A DNA stretch of 64,000 bases from Guillardia theta CCMP2712 (taxonomy: Eukaryota > Protista > Cryptophyta). Of this stretch, positions 22,001 through 34,618 are shown in pieces. The stretch's first letter is position 1. Each line of letters starts with the position of its first letter. Under the pieces are notes generated by a model. The model saw nothing but the letters and a program-made list of their open reading frames with translations, was not told the origin of the DNA and ran no database searches. The stretch lies in assembly GCF_000315625.1 (NCBI RefSeq), contig NW_005434578.1, positions 173,045 through 237,044 on the forward strand, read 5' to 3'. A program made the position numbers and the translations under genes.

Positions 22001-23788
22001 ATGTGCCATGATCAAGAGAAGAACCAGGCGAACGCATGGAAGGAGTGCGACTCTGACGGAGATGTCCTGATAGCAGAAGATGGCTTCGAGAGTGCGGGAA
22101 CCGAGGTTGTGCAGCAGGCGCAAGAGCCGCACGGCTCCCCAGTCAAGAAGAGGCGGACCAACACCCAGGCACAGCAGCATGACACCAGCAGTGACGAGAT
22201 GCTCGACGAAACGGCAGACCCTGAAGACGATAAGACGGACATCAAGAGCCCCGAGGACCTCCCTCAGGTCTCCAGAGACCAGCAAGAGCTCGTCAGCAGC
22301 AGCTCCATCAAACAGGAGGCAGAGGCAGAGTTGGAGGAGCTGAGCAACAAGTGCAACGAGCTGAGAGAGAGCGTGAAGGCGCTGGAGCAGAAGAAGACAG
22401 AGAAAGAGCTCAGCCTGGCCTCCCTGGCTAAGCAGCACAAAGCCACGCACACCGAGCTTGACAACCTCAGGCAAGAGCTCAATGAAAAGGAGGAGAGAGG
22501 TGAGCAGCTCTCGGAGGAGCTCCTTCAAAGGGAGGGCAGTCTGCAGGCATGCAAGCAGGAGAGGGATGTCGTGGTGAAGGAGCTTACGGCGCTGCGGGAG
22601 GAGGCAGAGAGGGGAAGGCAGGAACTACAAGACATCAGCGAACTCAGGAGAGAGTATCAAGCTATCAAGGATGCACTTACTGCTGGCAAGACTAGCAAGC
22701 AGGCGGCAGAGGCAGAGTTGGAGGAGCTGAGCAACAAGTGCAACGAGCTGAGAGAGAGCGTGAAGGCGCTGGAGCAGAAGAAGACAGAGAAAGAGCTCAG
22801 CCTGGCCTCCCTGGCTAAGCAGCACAAAGCCACGCACACCGAGCTTGACAACCTCAGGCAAGAGCTCAATGAAAAGGAGGAGAGAGGTGAGCAGCTCTCG
22901 GAGGAGCTCCTTCAAAGGGAGGGCAGTCTGCAGGCATGCAAGCAGGAGAGGGATGTCGTGGTGAAGGAGCTTACGGCGCTGCGGGAGGAGGCAGAGAGGG
23001 GAAGGCAGGAACTACAAGACATCAGCGAACTCAGGAGAGAGTATCAAGCTATCAAGGATGCACTTACTGCTGGCAAGACTAGCAAGCAGGCGGCAGAGGC
23101 AGAGTTGGAGGAGCTGAGCAACAAGTGCAACGAGCTGAGAGAGAGCGTGAAGGCGCTGGAGCAGAAGAAGACAGAGAAAGAGCTCAGCCTGGCCTCCCTG
23201 GCTAAGCAGCACAAAGCCACGCACACCGAGCTTGACAACCTCAGGCAAGAGCTCAATGAAAAGGAGGAGAGAGGTGAGCAGCTCTCGGAGGAGCTCCTTC
23301 AAAGGGAGGGCAGTCTGCAGGCATGCAAGCAGGAGAGGGATGTCGTGGTGAAGGAGCTTACGGCGCTGCGGGAGGAGGCAGAGAGGGGAAGGCAGGAACG
23401 TGAAAATCTCGACACAAATCTTGAGCGCTTGCGAGTAGAGCAGCAGACGTTGACGTCGGAGCTGACGAGAATGACGACTGAGCGAACGACAGTCGGTGTA
23501 GAGCTGACACTCGCGATCGACATGAGGGCCCAGGCAGAGGCAGAGTTGGAGGAGCTGAGAAGCAAGTGCGAGGAGCTGAGAGAGAGCGTTAAGAGGCTGG
23601 AGCAGCAGCAGGAGAGCAAGAAAACGAATGCCAAGGCACTTGACCGGGAGCAAGAGACACTGGAGGCTATGAAGAGTCAGCTCAAGAACCTGCAGGAGGA
23701 ATACGACACGCTCAAGAGGAGCAGCGAGGCTGGCAATGGGTCTGCTTTCTCTAGATTCTTCCTCTTTGGTGGCAGGTCAACCCAGTGA
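22001..23788 (+). CDS. Intronless coiled-coil protein with three 129-aa repeats
   Basis: Uninterrupted ORF 21692-23788; likely ATG at 22001 (MCHDQEK); acidic N-terminus with NLS-like PVKKRR; heptad-rich repeats. Confidence 0.7.
   Translation: MCHDQEKNQANAWKECDSDGDVLIAEDGFESAGTEVVQQAQEPHGSPVKKRRTNTQAQQHDTSSDEMLDETADPEDDKTDIKSPEDLPQVSRDQQELVSSSSIKQEAEAELEELSNKCNELRESVKALEQKKTEKELSLASLAKQHKATHTELDNLRQELNEKEERGEQLSEELLQREGSLQACKQERDVVVKELTALREEAERGRQELQDISELRREYQAIKDALTAGKTSKQAAEAELEELSNKCNELRESVKALEQKKTEKELSLASLAKQHKATHTELDNLRQELNEKEERGEQLSEELLQREGSLQACKQERDVVVKELTALREEAERGRQELQDISELRREYQAIKDALTAGKTSKQAAEAELEELSNKCNELRESVKALEQKKTEKELSLASLAKQHKATHTELDNLRQELNEKEERGEQLSEELLQREGSLQACKQERDVVVKELTALREEAERGRQERENLDTNLERLRVEQQTLTSELTRMTTERTTVGVELTLAIDMRAQAEAELEELRSKCEELRESVKRLEQQQESKKTNAKALDREQETLEAMKSQLKNLQEEYDTLKRSSEAGNGSAFSRFFLFGGRSTQ
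22313..23398 (+). repeat. 387-bp tandem repeat x ~2.8, plus a diverged partial unit at ~23531-23606
   Basis: Units start at about 22313, 22700 and 23087 and are essentially identical. Confidence 0.95.
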
Positions 23789-24335
23789 GGTCACAGGAGG
23801 CCTTGAAATGTCAGATGATGACGGAACTGAAGAAGCCGAGGAGGTGATTGTGTTGTGGTGACGTCTTTCTCTATGATAGAAGAGGTTTGCGGCAGAGATA
23901 CGTTGAGATCCTGTCTTTTGAGAGTGTGGTGTTATGAGACCTTTTTGGTTTCAAACATGAATTTGGAAAGAACAATCGAGCCCCTCGTTCATTCACTCGT
24001 GCTATTGCCGCCTCCATTAGTCCCTGCCTTAAGTTGGCTCGTTCGAGCAAACAACAAACTTGCCTGGATACGACAACAGGAAAATCAATGCAAGGATATA
24101 TCCATTACAGGTACAAGAGCGAGGAGGTTTCAAACAGGGATCTCAACACCACCTATTGCTCTTCAGGCACAAATCCACCGCGGAGAGACGAGGAGCCGAC
24201 GAGGCCTTGTCTAGGTCTTCTGATTCATAATGAAACAACTAGGGGCGATTCTTCCTTCTCCTGCTGATGCTGCTGATGCTGCTGATGCTGCTGCTCTATC
24301 TTCTGCTGCAGCAGCAGCAGCAGCTGCTGATTCTG

Positions 24336-24392
<57 letters not shown>

Positions 24393-24559
24393 CTCGTCCT
24401 CGTCCTCCTCGTCCTCCTCGTTCTCCTCCTCGTCCTCTCCTCCCGTCGAGCACAAACTTCCTTACCGTCAAAGATTACTTAACTATCCGTTACGAACGTT
24501 TCGATGCGATGCCACGACATGGGAGGGAGGGAATAATAAAATGATTGAGGGAGAGGGAG

Positions 24560-24800
24560 AGACAAAGAAGATAGGGGAGGAGCGAGGAGAGCGAGGAGAG
24601 CGAGGAGGAGAGAGGAGGAGCTAGGAGGAGAGAGGGGGAGAGAGGAGGAGAGAGGGGGAGAGAGGAGCTAGGAGGAGCTAGGAGGAGCTAGGAGGAGCTA
24701 GGAGGAGCAAGGAGGAGAGAGGAGGAGAGAGGAGGAGAGAGGAGGAGAGAGGGGAACGAGGAGGAGCTAGTAGGAGAGACGATGAGGAGCTAGGAGGAAG
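24560..24800. repeat. Purine-rich (GGAGGAGAGA/GGAGGAGCTA)n microsatellite
   Basis: 10-bp period visible directly. Confidence 0.85.
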
Positions 24801-25142
24801 AGAGACATGTTTCGAAGCTGCCTGTGGGCTGAATGCATAACGTAGGAGGAAAGGGATAGTAAGGGAGAGGCAGTGAAGGAAAGAAGTGCATTTATCCCTT
24901 GTCAGTGAAGGAAAGAAGAGCGTTTATCCCTTGTACTTAGCCTCGATGGAATCAGCCTAACGGGGGCATGTAAAGAGAGACAATGATCTGACTGCTCACG
25001 TCTAGACACACGTGTTCACTTCATACTTCATTTCACTTCATACTTCACATAAACATTTACTTCTTGTCATTAGTTTGCTTTCTAATCTCTCCAATTCCTG
25101 CTCCGTTCCAGGTCCTGCTGCCCTTCTTTTCGTTGTGCAGCG

Positions 25143-26634
25143 ATGGAGTGCAGACAAAGTTTGCTGCTCGTGGGTCTGTTGGCGATGGTCGGTTGTGCTC
25201 ATGGATTCTTCCGAGGAGATCCTGTGAGTCCCGGATCCACTCTGTGCTCCACCGCATCCTCGTCCTCGTCCTCGTCCTCGTCCTCATCCTCCTCGTCCTC
25301 ATCCTCCTCGTCCTCCTCGTCCCCCCTTCACCCCTTATCCTCCTCCTCTTCACCCTGATCCCACTGCCACTACATCCTCCTCCTCTTTTTCACCCGCCAA
25401 CCCTCACAGTTGTTCCTTCCTCGCGTCTTCAGCCGGCATGTCTGTGAGAGGCTTCTGACTATCAGAGCAGGTGCAGACGTTCAAGAGGATGCAGTTCCAA
25501 GGCAAGCGGACGATGTGGAGCGACGTGCTCGTCGGTCAGGGCCCCTTGTACGCCGTCGATCGATCGGTGAGCAGAGCATGAGGAGACGAGGGAGATGGAG
25601 TGGGTGAGAGAGGAGGGAGACTAGATGGAAGACAGGAGAAGAGAGGGAGTTGATGGTCCAGTGTAGTGGTGGATGTACACACATACCCAAAGTTGAGTAG
25701 ATGCGCACTCTGAATAGAAGAGATGTAGGAGAGGGCGTTCGAGGTCGGACAGATGTTTCGAGACAGGACAGGAGGATGATGGTTTTGTGATCATTGCGGA
25801 ACAGGTGGAGCTGAACTATCCTTACAACGACATCGCGGCATCGGACACGCTAAAGATGCAGCTTGCGTACGATCACGAGAAATTTTCGAGGTGAAGAGAG
25901 GGAGAGCAGGATCAAAAGAGATTGACAAAGTTGAAAGCGAATGGATCACAGTATCTGATGGGAACGGAAATCACCTTGACGTGTAAGAGAATGGATGTGT
26001 TGTTATCTTCTCACCTTCTTTCCTTGCCTCTTGTTCTCCTTTTATTTTTTAATGTCCTCCTGCTGCATTTCTTTCCATTTCCTAGGGGTATCTTGTCCTC
26101 TTCTCTCTCTTCCTATCTGGCCTGCTTGACCCTTTCCTCCGTGTTTCCTCAGTACAAACTCTCTTGCCCATGTTGATCTCCTCCTCTCTCACTGCCTGCA
26201 CTTTTTCTCTTCCTCTCCTGATCTCTTGGTGCAGGCTGACCGTGGAACTTGTTTACTCTGGCAATGAGATCCATGAGATTCGTCACAAGTACAGATACAA
26301 GTAATGCTCCTCCTCCCCCTCCTCCTCCCTCCTCGTCTTCCTCTTCCTCTTCCTCTTCCTCTTCCTCTTCCTCTTTTGTTGCTTCACCTCTTCCTCCCTC
26401 CTCTTCCTCCTCTTCTTTCTTCTCTTGCTTCCCCTCCTTCTTCCCCTCCTTCTTCCCCTGCTTCTGCTTCTCGTCTTCTAATTTTTCCCGCAGGCAAGTT
26501 GAGCCTCACGAGCCTCATCCTGATCGCATCACCGTCGAGTATCACTGGTACCAGCCCTTCCCGTCCCCTATGCCCCATTCTCACCCATCCCACCCTGCTG
26601 CTGCTGCTGCTGCGGCTGCTGCTGCGGCTGCTGC

Positions 26635-26685
<51 letters not shown>

Positions 26686-26703
26686 GGCTGCTGCTGCGGC
26701 TGG

Positions 26704-26767
<64 letters not shown>

Positions 26768-27869
26768 CCTGGTGCTGCTCCTGGTGCTGCTCCTGGTGCT
26801 GCTCCTGGTGCTGCTCCTGGTGCTGCTCCTGCTCTTGGTCCACCAGCTCCTCCTGCTCCTCCTGCTCCTCCTGCTCCTCCAGCTGATTGTCGCGCTCCTC
26901 TCAACCATGGCAGGATCTCCGAGGCAGATACCGACACTCGCATGGGGTTGGACTTTCTCTTCGCCGCTGGCTGCTGCGTCACCGTCCTCGTAGTCTTTGT
27001 GGTAGGCTGCAGCAAGAGGGTGGAGGAGAAGAGAAGGGAGGAGAGAGGGAGGAGAACGAGGAGGGGAAGGAGGGAAGAAGGAAGGAGGAGCGAAAGTGAG
27101 GAAGAAGCGAGAGGGGGGTGCGGTGGTGGTCGGAAGGAAGGGAAGGTATTCATGCAGAATCGAGGAGAAATGAGAGGGCAGGAAGGAGTTGGGAGAGAGG
27201 ATGAAGGAGGGGGATGTGACTGCATGGAGCAGACTTCCTCGGACAACGGGGATCTTTCGGCCAAGAGGGCCATCGTCGTTCCTGAGTATGAGAACCCTGA
27301 GGCTCGCAAACCCAAGGTGAATCGCCTGCAGCTTCTCATCTTGCTCTTCCTCCTACTCCTCTTCCTTCTCCTCTTCATGCTCCTGCTCCTCGTCCCCTTG
27401 GTTCTCCTCGTCCTCGCCCTCTCCAACTTCTCCTCCTCCGCCGCCGCCTCCTCCGGTCAGCCTCTTCATCTCCCTGTGCTCATGGTGTGCGGCAGATCAA
27501 GAAGTTTCTGCTCTTCGACAAGGAAAGCGAAGCGACAGGAGGGCGAGTCATCGGAGACAACGACACCGAGAGCATCGTCACCAACGCCGAAGAAGAAGTT
27601 GGACCCCTCCCTTTCCCTTCCCGTCCACCCCCTCCTGCCTCCCTCCTCCCCTTCCCTCCTATCCCTCATTCACTTCCCTTGTCCTGCTCCGTTCCTCTTC
27701 TTCCCCACCCCCACCCTTGAAAGCCTTCAGCCCGCCACCCCTGTTCCTTCCTCCCCTCCCCTGCCTCTGCTCCTCCTCTGCCTGTCCGCAGGTGTTAACT
27801 CGCGGTTGGCAGGGGCTCCGAGCTCGGAAGGTGGAGGAAAGACCAAGCGATGCTAAGAAGGGCGAGTAG
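25143..27869 (+). CDS. Signal-peptide, single-pass membrane protein of a conserved uncharacterised plant/algal family (multi-exon)
   Basis: Spliced: MECRQSLLLVGLLAMVGCAHGFFRGDP|VQTFKRMQFQGKRTMWSDVL..GPLYAVDRS|VELNYPY..LKMQLAYDHEKFS|LTVELVYSGNEIHEI|..HPDRITVEYHW|..DTDTRMGLDFLFAAGCCVTVLVVFV. It resembles plant 'YRPGDIVPMS..RTVWHD..CPIFAVNRE..VRYTW..EID..GFYVLF' proteins as I recall them. Confidence 0.6.
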
Positions 27870-28244
27870 AGGAAGAGGAACGACAGAGAGTGCGCGAAGA
27901 GGGTAGAGACACCGAGGAGGAGGAGGAGGAGGAGGACAAGGCAGGAGGAGGAGGAGGAGGAGGAGGAGGAGGAGGAGGATTTGAAGTAGTCGGTGATTTC
28001 AATTATTGAGCTCAAGTATCGAGTCAAAAGCATAAATACAGGGAAAAAAATTCACAGAGGTAAAGAAAAGGAAAAGAGAAGAGAAGAGAGGGAGAAGCGA
28101 AGAACAATAGATCTCAACGAAGACAGGACGAAAAGGAGAGCAGGGGAGGATTCGGGTTAATGAACATGGAGGAAGGAGAGGCGAAGGAGAAGGAGGAGGG
28201 AACGATAACGATAGAGGGGGGGAGGGGAGGGGAGGGGTTCTTGT

Positions 28245-28673
28245 TCATGAGACAACACAGGAGCAGCCACCCTTGATGGTTCCTTCCCCTGCTATCGCCG
28301 TTGACTGCGCCATCGACTTGCTGCAGTCTCAATCAGAAGACCTTGAGATGAAACGCAACGCGGATCAAAGGCAGGGACGAGGATGACCACGAGGAAGTGA
28401 AGGAAAAGCGAGAGAAGTGATGGTTATGGTGGAGGTAGTGGTGGTGATGCTGAGGAGAAGGAGGAGGAGGAGGAGGAGGAGGAGGAGGAGGCAGAAAGAG
28501 GACGAGGAGGTAGTGGTGTAAATGGAGGAGGATAAGGGGCAGGATCAGGAGAAGAGCAGCCTTAGGTCAGCTATTCACCTGCCCATGGGGCTTATCTCCA
28601 CTGAAGGATCAGGCAGGCCTGGAAGGCCCTCGAGCTCCTGTAGCATCTCTGCAACATCGTCAGCATCAGTCAA

Positions 28674-28712
<39 letters not shown>

Positions 28713-31489
28713 TGCTGCTGCTGCTGCTCCTTTCCTCCTTCTCCTCATCCTCCGCTTTTTTATGCCCCTGTACGCTCTGATTTGCACTCTGCCTTGCTCC
28801 TGTCTGAATCTTCCTCCCGCCCCTTATTCTCTCGCGCTCCTTCCCCCATGCCCTCCTGCTCCTGCTCTTCCCGCTCCTCTCTTCAACTGTCGCATCTCTA
28901 CCTAAGGCCGTCGGGCGAGATTCGGGCACTCTGTTCCATCCCTTCTCAATGAGGCCTGCGGACATCTCAATCACACAAGGAAGCAGAAGCGACGATCAGA
29001 ATAAGATGAGGATGATGCTGATGATGAGGATATGAAGGAGAAAGAGGAGGAAAAATTGGAGGAGATGGAGGAAGAAGACATGCAGGAGACTTGAGCAAGC
29101 ACGACTTGAGCAAGCACAAACGAACCTGCAAAATCTTTCCATTCAACCATCTCCAATGAGGGACGAATCTTCTCTCGATTTTTCTGTGCAACGTAGTGAG
29201 CAAGATAGGTAGCAATCCTTCCCTCTCCTTTCATTCTCCTCCTCCTCCTCCTCCTCCTCCTCCTCTCATCTTTCAATCTCCTGCTCCTTCCCTCCCTTCC
29301 TTTGCTGCTCTCTCCATTCTCCATCCCCTCCTTCCCCCCTGCCCAAAGTCCTCCTTCCCCCCTGCCCAAAGTCCTCCTCCCCCCCGCTTGCTGTCCATCT
29401 GCCTACCCTCTCCCTGCCTTCCTCCCACTCCTCCTCTCCTCTCCTACCACACTCGTAAGCTCAGCTGGAGGAACATCCGAGAAAGGTTTGACCCCCGTTG
29501 CAATCTCCCACATGACAAGCGTGCCTGTAACGCATGCAACCGAAATTCAGCTGGTTGAGAGCTTGGGACACAAGGTTTACAGCTATAGATGTCAGCTTTT
29601 TCTGTGTACACGCCCTGCTTGCAGCCATACACCTGCTCGAGATCAGAGGAGGGCAAGGAAGAGAAGCAGGGGAAGGAAGAGGAGCAGACCAAGGGAGACG
29701 GCGGAGGGCGGAGAGGAAGGCGAGAGAGAGGAAGAGGAGAAGGAGAGGGGTAAGGGAGGAAGATGAGGAGGGGATGAAGGGAGAGAAGAGAAGGAGGAGG
29801 CCGGGTTGAGGGGGTTGACCTCAGGTGCCATGTATCTTCTTGTGCCCGTCATGCCCGTCAGCGTTCGTTGCAGACGATCCTGAGAAGCAGCAGGTAAGAG
29901 AACGCGAGCCCACAGAAGATACTCGCCTTCTTCTTCAACGTTCTGCTCACTCCAAAGTCTGCAATCTTGATCGTGCGCAAACCCTCTGTATGAATAAGTC
30001 ACGGGGAGGAAACATAAAGAGACGGGAAGAATGAGGAGGACGAGGGGAGGGACCAAATCTCTACCTGCCAGCAAAAGATTCCCTGGCTTCAAATCGCGAT
30101 GCATGATCATGGGTTCCTTCAGGAAGAGGGTTAGAAGCGGCTCAAGTAGCAGGAGGAGGGAGGACAAAGAAGGCGATGAAGAGGCAAGTCAAGTGTGAGA
30201 GGAAGTCAGGGCGAGGGATTCTAGCAGGTGATGGTGTCAAGGGGAGATTGCAGTAAGAGGAGAGGGTTAGCGAGAGAGAAGAGGGAGGAAGAAGAAGAGC
30301 GTGCAAGCGAGCACGTGCTGGGATGAGCGCAAGCCGTGGTTGCTAGGAGTTAAAGTCGAGACGAGGGACGGGGCAGCGGCTGACCCGATCGTGCAAGAAC
30401 GCCAGTCCCTTGAGAAGGCCTCTAGTCCAGGCCGCTAGCGTTGGCCGCTGCTTCCTCCAGCTGCAGAGGATCGTAAGGAAGAAAAGCACATATCTCCATG
30501 AAGCAGCTCACTGCAGCTGCATGCCCTCCATGCTGGCGAGAAAGTGGTCAAGCGTGGGGCCGTTGACCAGCTCGAGGAGGATGACTGGATTTCCTCCGGG
30601 CCCCGAGCAGACACCGTAGAAGGCTACGATATGCGGGTGAAAGCTGGAAGGCAGGGATCAGCCTCGAAGGAGAGAGAAGGTGCCGTCTCACCCTATCTTG
30701 GACATAATGTAGATTTCCTTGAGAATGTCCTTGTACCTTGACGGCAGATGTCAGAAAACCTCCGAAAAGGGTTCAGTGCACAACATTTGGGAGCTCGTAT
30801 TGGAGATGTGCTTTCCTTTCATCTGTTTGGCAGCACAATCGTGACCTCTCCACTTCACTCGGTGCACTTCTCCCATGGCTGAAGAGAAAACCATTAGATG
30901 GGGATCGCGAGAGCAAGTTTCGTCATGCGACTGGTGGGGATCGGGCAAGGGAAAAAGAGGGCGCAAGGCAGGATGAAGAGGAAGGAACAGAAAGAGGGAG
31001 AGAGGGAGAGAGGGAGGGTGCAGGAGGTACAAAAGAATAGTGAAGGGACGGGGGAGCGAAGTTCTGACCTCCTTCGGAAAGGTTAGAAATCCACTGGATC
31101 TCAGAGAAAGGCACGTAGAACTCATGCGAGATGTTGGCTGAGTCCATCAGCTTGACATCTGCGGGGTTCGGCTTTGGACGAGGGGGTCCATGAGCAAGGA
31201 TCGCACGGTTTGCGAAGTAATTTCTCTTCCCTCCAGCAACCGTCCCGTCCATGTTGTGCCAGCTCGAGTCGACGCCATCGTTCTTCCTGCTCGTTCTCCT
31301 CACTGACGAGCCGATCTGTGAGCTACCGGAGATGTCGAAGCTGATGCCTGTCTCATCGATCGCATCTGGCTTCCTATGGGAGGCTTCATGCTGCGACCCC
31401 TCCGGTGAGTGCGGCTGCCCTTCGTCAGCGGGCTGGGATGGCAATGGCTGCGCATTGCCGCCGTCTTCCGCTTGCCCCTCCTCCTTCAT
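28245..31489 (-). CDS. Protein kinase (TKL-like), multi-exon, C-terminal CaaX
   Basis: SEG|AMGEVHRVKWRGHDCAAK, EIYIMSKI, FYGVC, HRDLKPGNLLL, KIADFG, TGTRRYMAPE, EKADIYS, GW..PESRP; last exon SKSMAQSTAIAGEGTIKGGCSCVVS*. Confidence 0.9.
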
Positions 31490-32424
31490 GTTAGCGCATG
31501 ATGAATGATCCACCCAAGTTTAAGAGCAGCGAGTCTGACATGACTCGCAAGTTCACAACAGCTGCCCTCCATCCCACCCCTGCACGTCCCCTTTATCACT
31601 CGGATGAAGACGGCCAAGGCATGGGAGACTGTCTTATATGCCAGAATGTCACCATGTGCATCAAGCGGGCGACCGATCGCTCTGCATGTGCTACCAGCTA
31701 TCCATCCACTTGGTAGCAGTGGATGCCGCCCAAATTAGCTGATCGCCATGTCTGCTTCCCAGGTGTTATGCAGCCATCGAGCCGGTCAGATTACGGGAGG
31801 AGGGGAAGTACAAGGAGGATACAAACTTCTGCCTTGCATGGCTCTAATGGTTCACATAGGCAGGACAAGGGGGAGCAGCTATCATGCATGGTACCATTCA
31901 CTGCTACCGACCTCCGACTATCACTTGCCCACCATCTGTCACTCTATATACAGAGCTGCCTCATACATTCATCTAGCCCTGATGTTTGATTGACTGAGAC
32001 ATCCTACTTCGTATGTTTGAATCCCCGTCTCTCCCCGTCCTATCTGACTCCCAAAACGTGCTGTCAACACATGTCCTCTCCCCCCTCACTCCTTTCATGG
32101 TTTCTTTCCTGTTCCCCTACATCTTCTCGTCTCGACTCTCTTCATCCTCCTGGCCTCTACCTTCTCGTTCATTTCCCTCCCCTCGTCTCTTCCTCCCTCC
32201 CTTCATCGCCTTCCATGACGTGCCACAACCATGGCGCTGAAATGAACCATGGCGCTGAAATGAACCTCCTTCCACACACCCCTCCCATTAGTTTCCTGCA
32301 TACCCCTCCTTGCTACACCCCCACCCTTCATTTTGTACCCCCACCCCCTTTTTACGATGTTTTCAGAGTACAGAAGCCGATTTGTTGAGCTTACCATTCC
32401 TGATCACCGGTCATAATTCATAAA

Positions 32425-32875
32425 GTAGACCCCCTGACCCCACACAAATTTCCTCGTACCCCTTCATTTTCTACCTGACTACCCCCTATCGTAGTCATTC
32501 CTGGGCGTGTTGACCCACAAAATTTTTAGTATTTTAAATGTTAATATCAATATTGTAAAATATTTTATTCTCTACCATATTGCTTCCTTTTCAATACAGA
32601 AGTTAGTTAAATATGCAAGTTTTTTTTTTGACGAGTACGTTCATCACCCCCCCTAGGTAAAGGGATTTTGACTACAGGATGACCGGTAGTTGAAATTATT
32701 AAAAGAACGTAGTTGAAAGGGAGTGTTTTCAGATGTTCCTCCATCAGCAAAGGGGGTGGTACAAACCAGGGGTAATACCCTTGCAACTAGGAACCTTTGA
32801 TTTTTGTGGCCCAACTACCCCACCTACCTCAAATCCTCCCTATCAAAAGTGGATATAGGGGGTACTGGGGTCCAA
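32425..32875. mobile_element. Putative MITE/foldback-like non-autonomous element (~450 bp, AT-rich core)
   Basis: Imperfect inverted ends (TAGACCCCCTGACCCC vs reverse complement TGGACCCCAGTACCCC) and an inner inverted pair (GTTGACCCACAAAA at 32509 vs TTTTGTGGCCCAAC at ~32802); no TSD identified. Confidence 0.35.
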
Positions 32876-32979
32876 ATGACGACCCCCCACCCTAGGATGA
32901 GGGCATATGAAATAAGGCCTCTTGTCTACTTTTTTGTGCACTCCCGCAAGGCAATGAAGTTTTACTAATAAAAGTCAAT

Positions 32980-33200
32980 CTCAGTGACGGCGTCACTACC
33001 GGCCGTCAGCACTCGCCGAGTCTGCCGGGCCGCCCCTCCAGGACCAAAGTTAAGTTAACTTTGAGTAAAGATTTAAGTTAAATCACGAGTGCCAGTCTAC
33101 AGTGACTAGGTCTGATCCGGTGCAGCTTCCGCCGGCCCGGATCAAATGGCTGGGGCGGGCTTGTCAGGTCTCTCCCCTTCCATTTGAGTAAAAATCTCTC
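32980..33200. other. GC-rich micro-duplication island 3 with two TTTGAGTAAA motifs
   Basis: AAGTTAAGTTAACT at 33047; TTTGAGTAAA at 33060 and 33183. Confidence 0.55.
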
Positions 33201-34119
33201 CCTGCTCTTCATGCGTGATGTGGTGCCCCCAAGCAGCAAGGGACCCTTGCTAGCCCATGCTGATGGGCCCAGACGAAGGCGGCGGCAGCAGCGATGATGA
33301 CGATGATGATGACGATGAGATGAAAATGTCCATTCCCATTCCCATTCCCATTCCCATTCCCATTCCCATTCCCATTCCTATGTCAGTGTCAATGTCGAGG
33401 ATGGTGATGACGAGGATGATGCTGATGATGCCAGTGATGCTGATGCTCAATTGGGAGATTGTGGGGATTTCTTGATTGTGAGGATTACGAGAAGATCTTC
33501 TAACGGAGATGATGATGCAGATGCAGATGTTGATCTCATATCGAACATGAACTTGATGTTTAACATGGTGATGGAGAGGATGGTGATGATAATGGAGATG
33601 ATGAATGTGGTGTAGATTGAGATGAAGGAAAGGCCAAGAGGATGAAGATGAATTCAGTGGCCGTAGTAGAATTGGTAGAAGGAGCGGATAAGATGTCGAT
33701 GACGGAGATGGTTACCGTAATGAATGTGACGATAGAGCTGTTGAATAAAGGACCAAGGTGTAGGAGGAGGAAGAGGAGGAGGAAGAGGAGGAGGAGAAGG
33801 AGGAGGAGAAGGAGGTGGTAGTGGAGGTGCAGTAGTAGCGGCGGCAGCAGCAGAAGCAGCAGGTGTAGGCGCTGTGCTGGGATATAGAACGAGCCATATC
33901 ACTCTGTATAAATGTCAGTGTTGTTCGCTGTTTGGTCGAAAGAGGCAGGCGTTGCTTGTTTGTATTCCAAGTCAGACAATATTCCTCATGGTATATTGAC
34001 TGACACTAGATGAATATTGAATGACACTAGATCGTTTATGTTCTCCGGGACCCCCCTCGTGTATTCCTCTTCACTAACACACCGTGTCCAGGTTCCTTTG
34101 TAATAACAGGGCTGCTCAG

Positions 34120-34618
34120 ATGTCAACCCCGGATCAATCGAACAATGCAGGCAACGCAGTCCCTGGTTAGTGGCAACGAGAAAATTTGCAGTGACAGTGA
34201 CCCTGAAGCTTTCAGTTGCGCTTTCAAGGCCGCGGGAGAAAGCTCCTGAGTGGCAGAAGGATAGAGACGTCAAAAACTGCACCAAGTGCAAGGTCTGCAT
34301 ATCCTGACTGAGGTTGCCCTTGCTGATCCGCATGCAGAATCCTTTCTCCCTCTTTGTCCGAAAGCATCACTGTCGTCATTGTGGGCAGGTTGCGTTTGCT
34401 TGCGGGCGCTGAGCGTACTGAGGTGCCGTGGTCAGATTTTCTGCGAGGAATGTTCGGCGAAGACCTGCACCATTCCACAATTCAACATGAACAGTCCCGT
34501 CCGAGTTTGCGACGATTGCTTCATAAGTATTTCCTCCAAGATCTCCCGCTCGCGTTCCATGGTGTTCTGACGATGATGCGCAGCTATTAAGAGGACCAAC
34601 TTCGATTTTCAGATCTGA
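34120..34618 (+). CDS. Small FYVE zinc-finger protein (~100 aa, 5 exons)
   Basis: Spliced MSTPDQSNNAGNAVP|VALSRPREKAPEWQKDRDVKNCTKCK|NPFSLFVRKHHCRHCGQ|IFCEECSAK..PVRVCDDCFI|TIKRTNFDFQI*. WxxD, RKHHCR and RVC signatures are all present. Confidence 0.9.

Noticed and set aside
26249-27856. Long poly-Ala/Leu/Ser/Gln ORFs here and at 38378-39288, 24211-24544 and elsewhere
   Set aside because: They are stop-free translations of intronic or intergenic microsatellites.
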